The notes beneath the pieces were generated by a model. That model worked only from the letters and a program-made list of their open reading frames with translations, made no database searches and had not been told where the DNA came from. A program made the position numbers and the translations under genes. From NCBI RefSeq assembly GCF_009914755.1, contig NC_060939.1: a stretch of 64,000 bases of DNA. One strand, written 5' to 3'. This document shows, piece by piece, positions 24,908 through 40,106 of this stretch (position 1 is the first letter of the stretch; every line of letters starts with the position of its first letter). The stretch comes from the human T2T-CHM13v2.0 reference genome, Homo sapiens.

Positions 24908-26559
24908 GTCAGCAAACTCCCTAAACTTGTTTCTTCCCCTAAATTCTGTTTTAATTATTAGGACCACCATGTTCTCACTCACCTATGCTTGCAAAAGGGT
25001 TTATCAGAGGTCCTTTATCTGTGTTTCTCTCATCTATGAAAGCTTGAATGCTTTTTGTATTTTTCAATCACAATTGGTATGATTTAGTAGTCTTAAAATT
25101 TGTTCCCTTTGAGTTCCATCTGGAACTCAAGCCATTTGTGCTACAGCTTGAAATTTCTCAATTTCTGCATGATTCTGCTAGCAACAATATTAATGACATC
25201 ATACTGGATATCTTTCCACAGATTAAAAAAAAAAACTTGGGGAAGTGTCCAGAGTGATAGAATAGGAGAAGGAAGAGTCTGGGAAATACTAGAAAATTCT
25301 GCCCAGAGTTTGAAAATCAACTACATAAATAGGGATGGAACAAGCATGGAATTAGAAGACAGAAGACTATGGTCCTGTCTCGGCTTTGCTACCCATCTGC
25401 TGTGGCCTCAGAAAGTCACTTTACTTCTAGGGTCCTCCCTTTCCTCTTTAGGAAAATAAGGGAGTTAGATTTCAATGAAAGGCAGGCCACGAGTGGGCTA
25501 TTTCAGGATAAACCAAGGAGCTTGTTACACTTCAGATTCCTGTCCCTAACAATCACCCAATGCAGATTCAGTAGGTCTGAGGTGGAGTCTAGGAATCTGT
25601 ATTTTTAAAGTGTCCAGTTCTCTGAAATATAACAAGGTATGGAAATCCATGAATTAGATCCTTCCAAAGAATATTTACAATTCTAGTGCTGTAATTGCGG
25701 AGCAGTGTTTATTATATGGCAATTCTACCTTGCATGCACATTGTAAAACATATCCCGCAAAAAGCTAATTTTAAAGGATAATTTTTTGTGTGTACATGTG
25801 CCTGTACATGTATGTTTTTTTCATTTTATTTTCTTCCCAAACCCTAACTGATCTCCTTGCATCATCACTAGAACACATGAATCTCAGGAGAACCACTGGA
25901 GACCGTGACAGGTCTATGGAAATTGGGTGAAAAGGGGTACAAAGGTCAAGAACACCAAGACAAACATCCAAGGTAGCAGGCGAGCTCCTTCTACTCGTGG
26001 TACTGCTTGGCATCACATGGAATACTGAGAAGTGTAAGGGGTGTGTGTGTGTGTAGTTAGCCCTTCTTGTTCTCACCTGAAAGCCCATCTCCATACAGTG
26101 TCATATCACAAAAAACAGAATCTGTCTTAATGAGAAAACATCTGACATGATCTTCAGTAAAAAGTAACATAAGTCATCACTGAAGGACTCTCATGAGATG
26201 TGAAGGGAAGACTGTGCCACACCACGCACAGCACAGTTTTCTCTCTTTACTGTAGAATCCCCATGTCTCCCTCAGACCTTAATTTTCCCATCTCCAAATC
26301 TTTCAAATCCACCCGTACACCTGTGCTTGCCATGGTTGTCCTCCTCTCTGCCCCTGGCCTCTTTCCTAAGATTCCTCAGTCTACCCTCCAGGCCCACCAG
26401 CCCCCTATTAGGCAGAGTTATTTCCCCTTCTCTCAGCTTCTCCCATTTGCTCAGCCTGGGATTCGTTTTCAGTTGAAAGGGAACACAGGATCACAGTTAA
26501 TGTCTAGTATATTTTTAACCCTGTACACCAAAAAAGAAAAAAAAAAGGGAAACTAACAA

Positions 26560-27330
26560 TGTAAGGCAATTAGTGCTAAACCAACAGAGAATGGGAGTTC
26601 TAGATGTTCAGAGGAGAGGAAGAGACCTCTATGCCACAGTGACCAGAAAAGTTTTCATGGAGAAAGGAGGAGATCAGCTGAGGGTTGAAAACTTGGGAAA
26701 AATCTTTTACCGGTGAACGGTAGAGCCCTCCTGTCATATTGGAGGAGAAACTCTTGTACAAGGAAAGACCAAAGATAGGAAAGTATGCAACCTGTTTAGA
26801 AGAATGGACAAAACTGGGTGGAATGTATAAAGAAGAAAAAGAGAAAGAGAAGATTAGAAAGTGGGTTGGGACCAGAAGATTGAGGATTGTGAAGAAATGC
26901 ACATTATTATAGAATGTAAAGCATGGGAATGACATGATTTAGAAAATTAATATTTTGTCACCATGCAAGAAGAACTGGAAAACAGAAATCTTTTAAGAAA
27001 GGAGATCAGGAGGTTAAGGCAGCAGCTGGGTGTTGGTGATGAGCATGTGCTCCAAAGATTTGTCAGTACACATGAAAATGAATAGAAAATTATAGTGTCA
27101 TTTCATGATAGAATCATTACAGCTGAATGAATGATTGAATATGAAAAGCAATGGAGAGAGGCAAGCCAAAGATAACACTGAGACTTGAATTTGGTTGGCC
27201 AGAGAATGGACAGAACTAAGGAATTGAGGAGGAGAAAGATGCGAATGGGGAAGAGAGAAGATGGTGAGCTTAGTGTTTGTTACATGTGGCAGTTCTGAAG
27301 GCAGCCCAGCCGAGGTGAAGTAGCCAGAAG
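26560..27330 (-). mobile_element. L2, degraded
   Basis: Purine-rich reverse-L2 motifs (GGAATGACATGATTT, GGAGATCAGGAGG, AAGCCAAAGATAACACTGAG). Confidence 0.55.
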
Positions 27331-30300
27331 GCAGAGGTTTTGGAGCAATTTTGCCAGTCAGTAAAGGAGATGCAACAGTTTTGAAGAGACTTGGGATTCA
27401 GACTTGTGAGCATCTGTAAGAAATTAAATTTACCAGCTAATTAAAATTGCATTTTCCTATAGTTTAGACTTTTGATTCCTAATAAACCTGCAAATTGACC
27501 TGGAAGGGATAACCCTCTTGATAGCCAGCATTTGTTCTTTGAGTTTCAGATATATTCTTGGAAACAGATTCTCATGGCAAGAAGGGTAGGAATCCTGTGT
27601 AATTAAAGAGGAAAGGAGGGACAACCTCTAAATATCAGAAACAGACTCTGCTGCTGGCAAACACAAGGATAAAAAAAGACCTACATGTCTCCACTTGGAA
27701 TGATAGTCAGAATTTTGGGAGGTGATAAAGAAACTACATTCATGTAATACATTCATGTCTGGATAATTTGTGAATAATAAATATTATTAGTGCATGTAGA
27801 CACTCAAATGATTATCAATTAAAGAAAGCTTTGCAAGATGGTTTTGTTTCCAAGAGAGAATTTTTTTTTGTTTAAAAACTGTCCAAAATACACAATAATA
27901 AATTTACATTTCCAGAGATAAATATTCAGCTCTTGACTGAAGATTTGAGAATACATTTGAATTACATTCTTGATCAGGAACCAGGAAGTATATTTCATAT
28001 TTATTGAGCAAAAATAAATATCCACTTTCACTAGTCTGAGTGCCCATCAGCATGAGATAATCAACATAAATACATAAGGTTGATACCGTTAGCTGAGCTG
28101 ACTTGTCCTTGTTTCTAGGATGCACATAACTATTTTCCTAGGCCCCTACGGATCCAGGGAACTCAGGTTGCTCGGCACTGTTTGGGGCCCTTTCCACATT
28201 TATTTATCTGCCCCCTGGCCCTCACCAAGCCCAATTCCATATTGCCACTGCAAATCTCTGTATTTAATACCCTGCTTTTGCTCAAACTTTATCTCACATT
28301 CAAAATGTGTTTTCCCTTACAAAGTGGATAATGCTGTTCTCTGCCAAGCTCTCCTCTTCTGCGCCGACGCACACAGCCCCCAGTTGCTGGGAATGTTAAC
28401 TGCTAACAGCTCACAGCTGTGTCCCTCTTTGAGCTTTGCCGTTTGCCTCAGAAAACTGCTAGCTCAAGGTGATGCCCTCTTCTAGGGTGTGGCCCAATAT
28501 TTCCAACATTCCTAAAAGTCTGTTATGGATAATATAAGTTCAATACTCTTCAAGATGAAAGGAGAGGAGACAAGTGACCCATTTCAAAATAAAAGACAAG
28601 ACATTGTTAAAAGTCCCATAGACTTTACAAGGTCAGGGAAATATTAAGAACAACTTTGTGCCAATAAATTTGGAAAATTAAATGAAATACAAAAATTTCT
28701 TGAAAGACATAAATTACCAAACTGGTGCAAAAGAATAGAAACAGGGCTGAGGATACCTTTAAAGATATTAAATTCATAATTTAAAATATCTCCACAAGGA
28801 AAATACCAGGTACGAACAGCTTCACTGATATAGTTTATCAAACATTTATGGAGGATATAGTAACATTCCTACAAAAACTTATCCAGAAAATAGAAGCAGA
28901 GCAAACACTTCCCAATCATTTTATTAGCCTACCATTATTCTGAAAAAAACAAGCAAGAGCATTACAGGAAAAGAAAGGACAGATCAATAACCCTTAGAAA
29001 TATGGAACAATAATCTTAAACAAAATTTTAGCAAATCAGAATCAGCAATATATGGAAAGGCAAATGCATTACGAACAAGCAGAGTTTATCCTAGGAATCA
29101 AAGGGATTTTTTTAACATTCAAAAATCAATGTAATTCACCATACTAATGAATTAAAAGAGAAAAACAAAATACAGAGAAAGCATTTGAGAAAATTAAACA
29201 CAAAATTATAATAAAAAACTTTCAGCAACCTAGGAATAAAAGGGAACATCCTGATAAAGAACATCTATGGGGAAACGACACTAACTCACTTTCAGTGGTG
29301 AAAGACCAAACGTTTTCACCTTTAGTCAGGAAGAAGGGAAGAATCTCTGATACTGCCACTGAATTTAACACTGTACTGAATGTTGCAGCAAGAAAAAGAA
29401 ATGAAAGGCATATATATTGGAGAAGGAGAAATCAAACTGCCACAGACAAAACAGCTATTTAGACAGAGTACACTAACAATAGACAAAAAGGTGACTAGAA
29501 CTAGAAAGTAAATTCACCAGTGACATAGAACACAAGGTCATTATACAAAAATCCAGTATCATTCTATATATTAGCAAAAAAAAAAGTAAAATAGATTTTT
29601 TAAAGAACATTTTAAAAACAATACCATTTGGTATTTCACTTTTAGTCTGACTAAATTGGTTCCTGCTAGATGAACACTTCTACAAATAACAATAAGCTAG
29701 AAAAAATACAAAAACAAAACAAACAATAATTACAACAACATAATTATCTAAAGGACTAGAGTGTGAATAAAGGCAGGCCGATTCTGGAGAAGAGTTGATA
29801 CCCAGAGGAAGGAAATGGCACAGGGTGAATTTTCTATTTCTTATGACTTTTGGTCTGAAGACAGGCTGCAACCAGCATGGTATAGGGTGACTAAAATTTT
29901 GAGAGAAAATCCATAGTCTTTCTGGACTGAGGAAACAGAGTACAGAGTTCAGGGCAACCCAGCTGATGGAAAGTAAGGGGAGAATCCCAAAAAGGAAAGA
30001 ATCAAAGAGGGGAAACAACAAAGTTTGTGTGTACATGCTTTTCAAATGTCTGCCTGGCCTGTGAATATTCATAGATGGACAGACTGCATCCAACCCAGTA
30101 AAGGCTATAAGAACTAAACTGCAGTTTGAGCTACTGTCCAAGAGACAGAGTTCATAGTCTGTTGTATTCATAAATTTGAATACAACAAAGTTAATTGCCC
30201 ATTAAACAAAACAAAACCAAATCACAACTCTATTTGAAGAAATACAACAAAATCTAGAGTCTTCGCTATTAAACATTCATAATGTCCAGGATACAACTCC

Positions 30301-30444
30301 TAGCATTCAAAATACAGAGAAACAATAAAATGTGAGCAATTTTCAGGAGAAAAGACAATCAAGAGATAGAAACTCCAAGATGACCCAAATATTGGAATTA
30401 TCAGAAAAGAAATTTTAAGGCAGGTATTATAATTCTGATCAATT

Positions 30445-30750
30445 AAAGAAAATGTGGTACATATACACCATAGAATACTACACGCTAAATACCACATGTT
30501 CTCACTTATAAGTGGGAGCTAAACATTGGGTACTCATGGAAATAAAGATGGCAACAATAGAAACTGGGGACTACTACAGAGAGGAGGGAGAGATGGAGGA
30601 AGGGGTAAAAAACTATTAGGTAATATGCTCAGCACCTGGGTGATGGGATCATTCATACCCCAAATCTCGGCATCATGCCATATGCCCAGGTAACAAACCT
30701 GCACGTGTACCTTCTGAATCTAAAATAAAAGTTGAAAAATAAAAATAAAA
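30445..30750 (+). mobile_element. L1PA15/16-like 3' end with an internal deletion, nested in the older L1
   Basis: AAAATGTGGTACATATACACCAT...TTCTCACTTATAAGTGGGAGCTAA...GTAACAAACCTGCAC...AATAAAAG; TSD ATAATTCTGATCAAT / ATAATTGTGATGAAT. Confidence 0.85.
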
Positions 30751-31756
30751 ATAATTGTGATGAATGACGCAAAGGAAAATATGCTTATAATGAATGAAAG
30801 GGCAGAGGAATAGCAGTGAAACAGAAAGTATAACAAAGAACTAATGAGAAATTCTAGAATTTATAAATATAATATCTGAAATTAAAAATATATTCGATGA
30901 GCTAAACATTAGAATTGAGATCATATTGAAAAGAGTCAGGGAGCCTGAATATTAATCAATAGAAATTATCCAATATGAAGAACACAAAGAAAAGGACAAA
31001 AGACTTAAAAAAATTAACAGAGCTTCAAGGACTTCTGAGACCACCATAACAAAAGATCTATCATAAAAGCATCTGAAGTTATAGAAGAAGAGAAAGAGAC
31101 AGATAGCAGAAAGCATAGTTTTTGAATAACTATGACCAAAAATGTTGCTATATTTACAGATTGAGGATGCTCAGCAAACTGGGGAAGAATCAATATAAAA
31201 AAGACTATGTTAATGCTGCTAAAAAAAAACACAGATAAGGAGAAAATCTTCAAAGGAGCCAAAGAAATGACACATTACCTACAGGGGAACAATCATGCAA
31301 ATTAATTTTGACTTATGATCAGAAATAACAGAGGTAAAGAAACAGTGAAACAATATCTTTAGGGTGTGGAAACAAACAAACAAAAATTGTTGGCCCCAAA
31401 TTCTCTACCCAGCAAAAATATCCTCCAAAATGAAGGACAAACAAAGGCATATTCATTCTAAAAAATGTCACTTTAAATTTGAAATACTCAGAAATAAATT
31501 TAATAAAATATATGCAAGACTCATATAAGAATTATAAAATATTCCTAAAAGAAATTAAAGAAGATCTAAATAAATGGAAAGATGTAATAGTTTATAGATC
31601 AAAAGACTCAATGTTCTTAAGAATTAAATTCTTCCTAAATTAGCCTATAAACATAATCTCAATTAAAATCCTAGTATACATTTATGCAGAAATTAAAAAA
31701 CTGATGCAAATTTTATAGGGAAAATATAAAGGAACTAGAATAGCCAAAATAATTTT

Positions 31757-31840
31757 GTCTTATAATTCTATCAATTGCTGAAAGTAGGGTATTAAAGTCT
31801 CCAACTATAATTGTGGATTTGTCTAGCTCTTTCAACCTAG
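31757..31840 (-). pseudogene. Inverted L1 ORF2 endonuclease fragment
   Basis: Translates LKELDKSTIIVGDFNTLLSAIDRIIRQ, the L1 APE-endonuclease GDFN motif. Confidence 0.85.
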
Positions 31841-32265
31841 TGGTGACTACAGTTGCCTCACACTGCCTTGTTAATTCTTGTTGGTTCTGGGTGAGCATGG
31901 AGGCCCATTTTAGCACAGGACCCTGCAGATGGTACCCTGGCATGAGAGTCCAAACACCCTTCACTTCCAAGAGAATCAGAGCATCCTTCCCTTTCATTAG
32001 GTAGAGAAGGAACGATCAGCTTCCACCTCAGCCCTGCTGATACCACTCAGTGGAGGAATCATAGCACTCAAGTCTGTCTTTGTGGGCTAGAGGAGGAGGC
32101 TGCAATTTTTCCATTGGCGTTTGAACAGAGTTTGGCAAATTTTGAATTTGCCAAAAAAATTGTGTTTTGTTGTTAGGCCACTCTTTTCCCCATTCTTTGG
32201 TGGCAGAGAACAGGGTTTTTGTTGTTGTTGTTGTTTTAGCGTTTTTGTGTGTATGTAAGGAAACC

Positions 32266-32519
32266 TGGGAGGCTGAGGCAGGAGGATTGTTTGAGGTCAG
32301 GAGTTCAAGACCAATCTGGGCAACATATTGAGACCTCATCCCTACAAAAAAAATAAACAATTAGCCAGGTGTGGCCACATGCACCTGTGGTCTCCACTGC
32401 TCGGGAGGCTGAGGCAGGAGAATTGCTTGAGCCCAGGAGTTTGAAGCTCACTAGCTATGATCACACTAGTGCCTGAGCAACAGAGTGAGAGACTCTGTCT
32501 CAAAAAAAAAAAAAAAAAA
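32266..32519 (+). mobile_element. AluJ, 5'-truncated
   Basis: GGAGGATTG..TGAG, GCTTGAGCCCAGGAGTTTGA, A tail. Confidence 0.9.
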
Positions 32520-34757
32520 TTGACTATAATATATATGTCTGACATAGGACATATCAGAATACATAAAGAACTCTTACAATTCAATAAGAAAATAAACCAG
32601 TTTTAGAAACATGTATAAAATATTTAAGTTTTGCATAAAAAGATATATAGATGGCATATGGAAAGAATGTTCAACATTATTAGTTATCAGGGAAATGCAA
32701 ATTAAAACTATAATGAGATAACCACACCCTGGAGAAACCAATTCATTTTATTGATAAGTGGCACTTCATACAGGACTGGTCCAGCAGCCAATATGAAACT
32801 GCAACTTTCAAGAGCAAGAAGGTCCTGAAGTTGCAGGGAATACAGCAGAAATCTCCAAGGACAATCTCTGTTCCCAATGCCACATACTCCATCCCTTGGC
32901 CATTCTGCACAGGTTGCTAGTGATGTGATGTATGCAATCCAGCAGCTGAATATGCACAAGAAATTAACAGCAATTTAGGATTTCTCTATCTGAAGGATAT
33001 CAGAACATAATGTCCCTTTCACATCACCCAGCTGTCAGTCTTCCTGAGAACAAATAAGTAAATAAACATGTAAAAGAAACTATGTTTCATGTGTAAAAAT
33101 GTAAGCCTGAGCAAGTAGGATAACTATTCCTGTTGTCCTCTACCTGGGTGCACCTTGCTAGTACTACAGGGTACTTTCCCACCACAGGAAAAGTAAGAGG
33201 ATGTTGTTACATGGTGAGCAACAAGGCCCAGGAAAAGAAAGTTTTTCAAAACTTCTTTCTCTGCTCATCACCTCAGTTCTTCAACCCTTTTCCCAGCTTT
33301 TGGAGTCCCCAAATTCTACAATTAGAGATTCATTTATTTGTAATAATTTTTAAAGGGAAGTAATACATTAAGCATTCATAAATGCTTTTCTTGTATGAGG
33401 GCATAGATTCAGTTCCTTTGCTGAGTCAGATTTTGACAAGGGATCCTTGGTTGAAACATCACACGTAGGGAGAGTTGCAAAAACAGGGAAGGCGCCAAAG
33501 TCTGTGGAAATGGAAGACTGGGCATATGGAAGATAAACATTGAGGACTTCACTGAATGTCAGTCCTCACTTAAACTTTAAAAACTTTCATAAATACCTGA
33601 TTCTAAAACAGCATAACTGTTAAATAATTTCTACAAATATTAGAAGATTATAAAAGTTCTCTGCCCCGCCACTCCGCCAGATTTCCCATCTTGGATAAAT
33701 TACTTAACTTCTTTGAGAACCAGTTTTTCCCACATGTGAAATGAAGACATCCCTTGCTTATTTCCAAGGTCATTCCTAGGGAAGGGTGAAACTTGAAATC
33801 AATCATGGTAGTGTGGCCTCACTCTAAATATTCTGACATAAATGAAACCCAACTCAAATAAATGTCAAGAATAGCTTTGAAGGAGACAGGCCATCCCAGA
33901 AAGGCAACCTACAGCCTCAGGACAACAAATAAGATGATCTTTCCAGCTTGCACTTCTCATGGTGTTAACTCAAGGGAAACATGTAGGCTGATGCTAATGT
34001 AGCTGCGTTTGTCATCAAAGCAAGTCTGCAGCTCCCCCTCCACTCTCTCCATATTGTCCCCAGGTCATCGCCGCACCCCAGGTTCTGAGTTACTTTGCTC
34101 CTCACCTGAGTTCCCCAGTGTTCTAGGCTATTACCATAATCACCTGTATCGCAAAAATAGATTTTTAACCAAAACAAAGGGCAATATAAAACTTAATAAG
34201 AAGTAGCTGAAGATTTTTTAGAAAAGGTATCTTTAACAACTCTAGAAGTTACTATCATCTGGAGCCGGAGTGAAAATAACTTAATTGAAAACGGAATCGA
34301 AAATGTGAAAAATCAACACGAGAACCTATTTCATGATACAAAAGGAGGACGTGAAGAGAGAGAAGATAGCAGTCAGGGAGGGTAGGAAATGCAGATGCAT
34401 GCCCAAAACTTGTAAGGGCCCCTAAGGGAGAAATGAGGAAAACCAGTACAGAAGCATCAGCCGAAAGCACCCCTGAGGAAAGTTATCCTGAGCTGAGAAA
34501 AGAGGGGAATGAGCAAATCAAAAAAATTTGCTGTCTTCTAGGCCAAATAAATGCTTAAAAAGAGGCTTGCATCTAACATTGAGAATGAGCTATCAACAAG
34601 TAACTACCAGAGAACATGAAGAAAATATATTTTGGCCAAAGTTTCTCAGAAACATGCCCTAAGACAAAAAAAAAAAAAACCTACCTGTGAGCACTTTCCT
34701 GGGGAATGTGATCCCAGCAGGCAGGTGTGAAGGGTAGGGATGAGGTAGGGTGTAGAG

Positions 34758-35308
34758 TGTATTAGTTATCTATTACTGCATGATAAATGCCACATTACAT
34801 TCCAAAACTTAGCCACTTGAAACAACACACATGTAATTATCTCACAGTTTCTGTGGGTCAGGAATCCAGGAGCCACTTAGCTGAGAGCCTCTCACTTGGG
34901 ATCTGTGACAAGACTGCAATCATGTATCTGCTGGGGCCGTAGTCATCTCAAGGCTGGACAGGGACATCTGCTCCCCACCTCACTCATGTGGATGTTGGCA
35001 GTGTTCATACTCTCACTCTGTTGATGGCATCAGTTCCTTGCCATATGGGCCTCTTCTCAGGGATACTCACAAAATGGCAGACTGCTTTCCTGAGAACAAG
35101 GGCTTCCAGAGAGAGAGAGAGAGCAAGATGAAAGCCAGTGCTTTTATAACCTATTGTCAGAAGTGACATTCCATCAGTGTTTCTGAATGGTATTCTGTCT
35201 TTAGAAGAGGTTACTAGGTCCAGCCCACACTCGAAGGGAGGGAATTATTCAAGGGCATGAGTATCATGAGCCCAGACATTGGAGATCATTTTGGAGCTGC
35301 CTACCACA
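34758..35308 (-). mobile_element. MLT1 (E/F-like) solo LTR
   Basis: TGTATTAGTTATCTATTACTGC...ATCTCACAGTTTCTGTGGGTCAGGAATCCAGG...GCTGCCTACCACA. Confidence 0.82.
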
Positions 35309-36119
35309 GGAGGGTGGGGAGCACAGTGCAGGGAGAGAGGAAGTGCCAATACAAAATGGGTTAGCAAGTAGGCTAATATCCTTAAGAAATACTTCTCAGA
35401 ACTGTCTATCCAGAAACAGAAAGGAAGGAACGTTTGTTTATTAAAGTGTTGCCCCAGAAAGCATGAATTCATTGATTCATCCAAGTTGTGCAAACACAAG
35501 CTTAGAGTGGGATTTCATGGGAAGTCTCTGTGCAGCATGTGAAAAGCTCTTGAAGTAGCCATGGGACCACCCTAATGTGGATGGCCTTGAGAGAGAGTCT
35601 ATAACCCTGCACCTGCAGGAGGCTGGAAGGAGTCCGAATAGAGCTGGTTGCCATGTAGGTGAGAAAGGAAGATTAGAGCTGTCTGATATGAGTCTGAACT
35701 CTAAATATTGAAGTGATGGAAACTGAGTCTTCTGAGGGACAAGCACAGTCAAATTTCCAAATGTCTATTATTTATAAATGATCACATCCTAGTCTCCCAA
35801 CATTTTCCATAACAGTGGCTCCAATAACCACAGGAGAGACAAGACATAAATCTACATGTTCTATTCAGTAATTAGGCAAACATTATCATCGTTCACTTAA
35901 TCAAACTCTTCTTGGCTTTAATCTGATATTATTTCTTTACCATATCTTCAAAAGCAATAAGATTCTTCTCATTTAATTTTTACCTGGAAATTTATATTAT
36001 ATCAAGAGGTCTCATAGACTCCAAAAATTCAATACCTGGAAGGAACCCTAATGAGTCACTTAATTTAACTTCCTCTCTCCAGACAGAACTATCCCTCAAC
36101 CATCCAACTGTGCTCGTAA

Positions 36120-36282
36120 TATAGATCTAGATCTAGACAGATGTATAGATATATGCCTACATATATTCCTTTCTCTTTCTCTCTCTCTACACCTCTATAT
36201 CTCTAGAGAAAGAGAGAGAGAAAGGGAGGAAGACACACACACACAGACACACACACACATATATATATACACACACACACAG
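36120..36282. repeat. Compound TA/CT/GA/CA simple repeats
   Basis: Read directly. Confidence 0.9.
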
Positions 36283-36324
36283 AGAAATTATTTGCTGATG
36301 TTGCATCAAGAATAACCTCTTTGA

Positions 36325-36690
<366 letters not shown>

Positions 36691-38860
36691 TCAACAGAAA
36701 AATTTAAGAATTAGGCAAGATGAATTTGTTACAAATTATTATGGGAAATTGTCTTAAAGTCATTATTAAAAATCTTAGATCTTTACCTCAAAATATGTGG
36801 GCAAGAGAAGCAGGAAAACCAATTAAGAGGCTCTTGGAGTGGTCCAGGTGATTGAAGATGGTGCCCGCACTAGAGTAACACTGATGGAGATAGAGGGCAG
36901 GACACAGTCAGGGTATCCTTGGAGATTAAAAACAAAAACAAACAAACAAAAACAATGGAACGTGCTGATGGATTGGATGTGTGGAACCAGAGAAAAAAGT
37001 CAAGGATGAGTTCTACCATGGAATGGCCAGACACCTGGTATCTGCTTCAGAATAACCCAGGTAGAGGGATGTGAGTGGTGGTGGAGGATAAGCGAGTTTG
37101 CCCAAGTTGATTGCTGTTGAAGTGGAGTGATGGGTGCACGGGTTTCACTTTGCTATTTTGTCACTTTTCTTTATGCTTTAAGTTGTCCACAATAAAAATG
37201 TCTTAAAATGCCAGTATACCTATACTTTTAATTGTAATTCCAGAAATCAAACTAAGAAAACAATCAGAACTATAAACAAGATTTTTATATACATTCATAG
37301 CAATATTATTTATTATATTGAAATACTAGAAATAATCTTTTTGACTAACAGAAAGGCAACAGTTGAATACACGGTGATACCATTCATATGACATTCCTAT
37401 TGAAATATAATGTCTTGGAAAAATATTAATGATTTGGGAAAATGTGCATGATACAATGGTAAGTAAAAAAGAAACAGGAAACAAATCATATATATGAAAT
37501 GTATGTCAAAAGAAAAATACCAAAAAATTTATCAAAATGTTATCATTGTGATAAGATTATCAGTGGTTTTTATTTTCTCATTGTATTATATATAATTTAC
37601 TACAAAGGTTATGCATTAGAAATAAGTAAACATTATTTTAAAGTGCAGAAGAAAAATGATTTATTGAAATTCATCTTTCCTAAGCATGCCAATTAAAATT
37701 ACAAGTGACTTTCTTTCATTCTGAAACAATTTATTGACTACCTATTCTTTGCAAAGCACTGCTCTATGGTTATTCTATGTTCTTTGCTAGGCAAAATAAT
37801 TCACATTTCAGATTAGTTAAAAAAGAAAGGAGGTAAGGTTGGAGAGAGCAAAAAGAAAGGAATTTGGTATTCAGGGAGCTCAGGGTAACTTTCTAGCAAG
37901 ACAATGTGTCCAGTTTGGGAAAACTCAAGTTTAATAGAGTTAATGAAAATTCTCCACCCATTTCCTTTATTGCTGCTGCCTCAATATGGTCTCAAAACCA
38001 CAGATAAAATATTTCATATGTCCCTTTTCTATGAATTCTAACTTCATTATGAAAACTAGGAGAAAAGTAAATATTGTTCAATGACGGCTGCTACAAAAAT
38101 GTGTCAGCATTACTTACAAAACCCTGGGAGGCAGAGATATAACATTCTCTGGAAAAAATTGGAAAAAATGAGTAAACATTACAAGAATTTGTCACAAAAA
38201 GTGCAGAAATTACAACCCAAGCTGTTGAACTCTTCCTAGTTTTCCTTTCCTTTGCTTTCTTCCAGGAAGGCTGAGGGCTTCTTATACCCTGAGACTGAGT
38301 AACTTTGTAGCAGGTTTGGCCTGGATGAATATGGGACATGCATAAGCCATTTTTATTATCTTTTGCCTGAACTCTGTGAATACAACCACCCTGCACTGAA
38401 AAGATGATGGAGGCCGAGCCACATCATGCACTTCTCTTCTGTGACCTGCCAAGTTCTAGCCTGATCTCCCTCTAACATAGTGCAGATCCCAAATGGCTAG
38501 AAATTTCAATATGCCCATTGGATTTGTAGAGATAATCAGCTCTATTGTCTTCTGTAGGATTTTCTCTTATGTATAGATCCTCCTGAATTGAAAGGAGTAT
38601 AACTTTTGCTCTGCAGTGAAGCAAGATAGATTCTTGACGCTAGGAAAACCAATGATGAATTAAAATGGTAAATGACCCACATACAATAATTCACAGTTCA
38701 TGAGTCTGTTCCATATGGAAAGGAGTGCCTTTTGTAACATTTATTAAATTGTTCCAAGACAATGTTAAAAAGCACAAAGTATATAAATTCAAACTAAAAG
38801 TACAGATAACCAAAGAATAGCAAGTTAAAATTTTGTTATTTAGTGCAATAAGATATTCAA

Positions 38861-39185
<325 letters not shown>

Positions 39186-40081
39186 TGACTTCTGATTTCT
39201 GATGTTTGTATATTTGGGGACAAGAACTAGAAACAGTTTGCAAAACAAGTTAATTAGACTTGGATGGCTTTGATCTCTAGTGGGACACTCATGGTGTATT
39301 TTTCAGTATCTCACATTGACACATGATGATTACCGTATATGAGGTAATGCTATACAATCCATGGTATGCATGAATTAAGAGAGAAATACGCAGCATACAA
39401 TCATTTGAGATGCAGATTTTTGACAGTTAATTTATATTCTGAAAGAAACAGATTTTTAGCTCATTGATTTTGAAGTTGCATATATTGCTAAAGGATAAAC
39501 AACCATATTCTCATTTCTTCTGAGCAAATTATTTTCCATGTAGACAGGCATAAAATGACTTTTAAAAAAAGTAAATGTCTGTCAAACCTTAGCTCTCTGC
39601 AGAAAAACACCTTTATTGAAGATGAGCGAACCTCTCTAATAGTCTATTTAAATTATTTTTCTCCTTTGAGATCAGATTACTAGGAGAAAAAAAAATAGCC
39701 AGGCTCTTAATTAACAATTTCAAATGAATATAAAAGATGTGGCCATGAACACCAGAATAAATCTTGTACCCAAAAATGTGTAATATATCTGTGTACATAA
39801 ATATGGATTCTCAAAGATGGGATAAACATGGTTAGTAATATACTGTATATATTTTTCCCCTTAATAAAAAGCTCTCTTTATTTATCTTTGACACAGTGGA
39901 GTTGTGAGGGAAAGATGAAGTGAAATAGCATCATATTTGATGGTGGGATATGGAGTGGGGGAGGAGTTTACCTAGATAAACCAACAATAAACCAAAAACA
40001 AAAAACAAAACGTAGGTACAAAATAGTAGAGTACAGTTTTATGTAGTATAGTAGAATATGATATACTGTAGTACAATATAG

Positions 40082-40106
40082 TATATATATATATATATAT
40101 ATATAT
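40082..40106. repeat. (TA)12 microsatellite
   Basis: Read directly. Confidence 0.95.

Larger units (their letters stand above)
28550..32730 (+). mobile_element. Mosaic of old L1M fragments (ORF2, 5'/ORF1, ORF2 3') with nested insertions
   Basis: A-rich L1 ORF2 signatures (AAATTTCTTGAAAGACATAAATTACCAAA; GAGAAAGCATTTGA); ORF1-like stretch 30800-31450; all frames broken. Confidence 0.85.

Noticed and set aside
29680-30171. 163-aa hydrophobic minus-strand ORF
   Set aside because: Antisense reading of an A-rich old L1 5' region; no domain resemblance.
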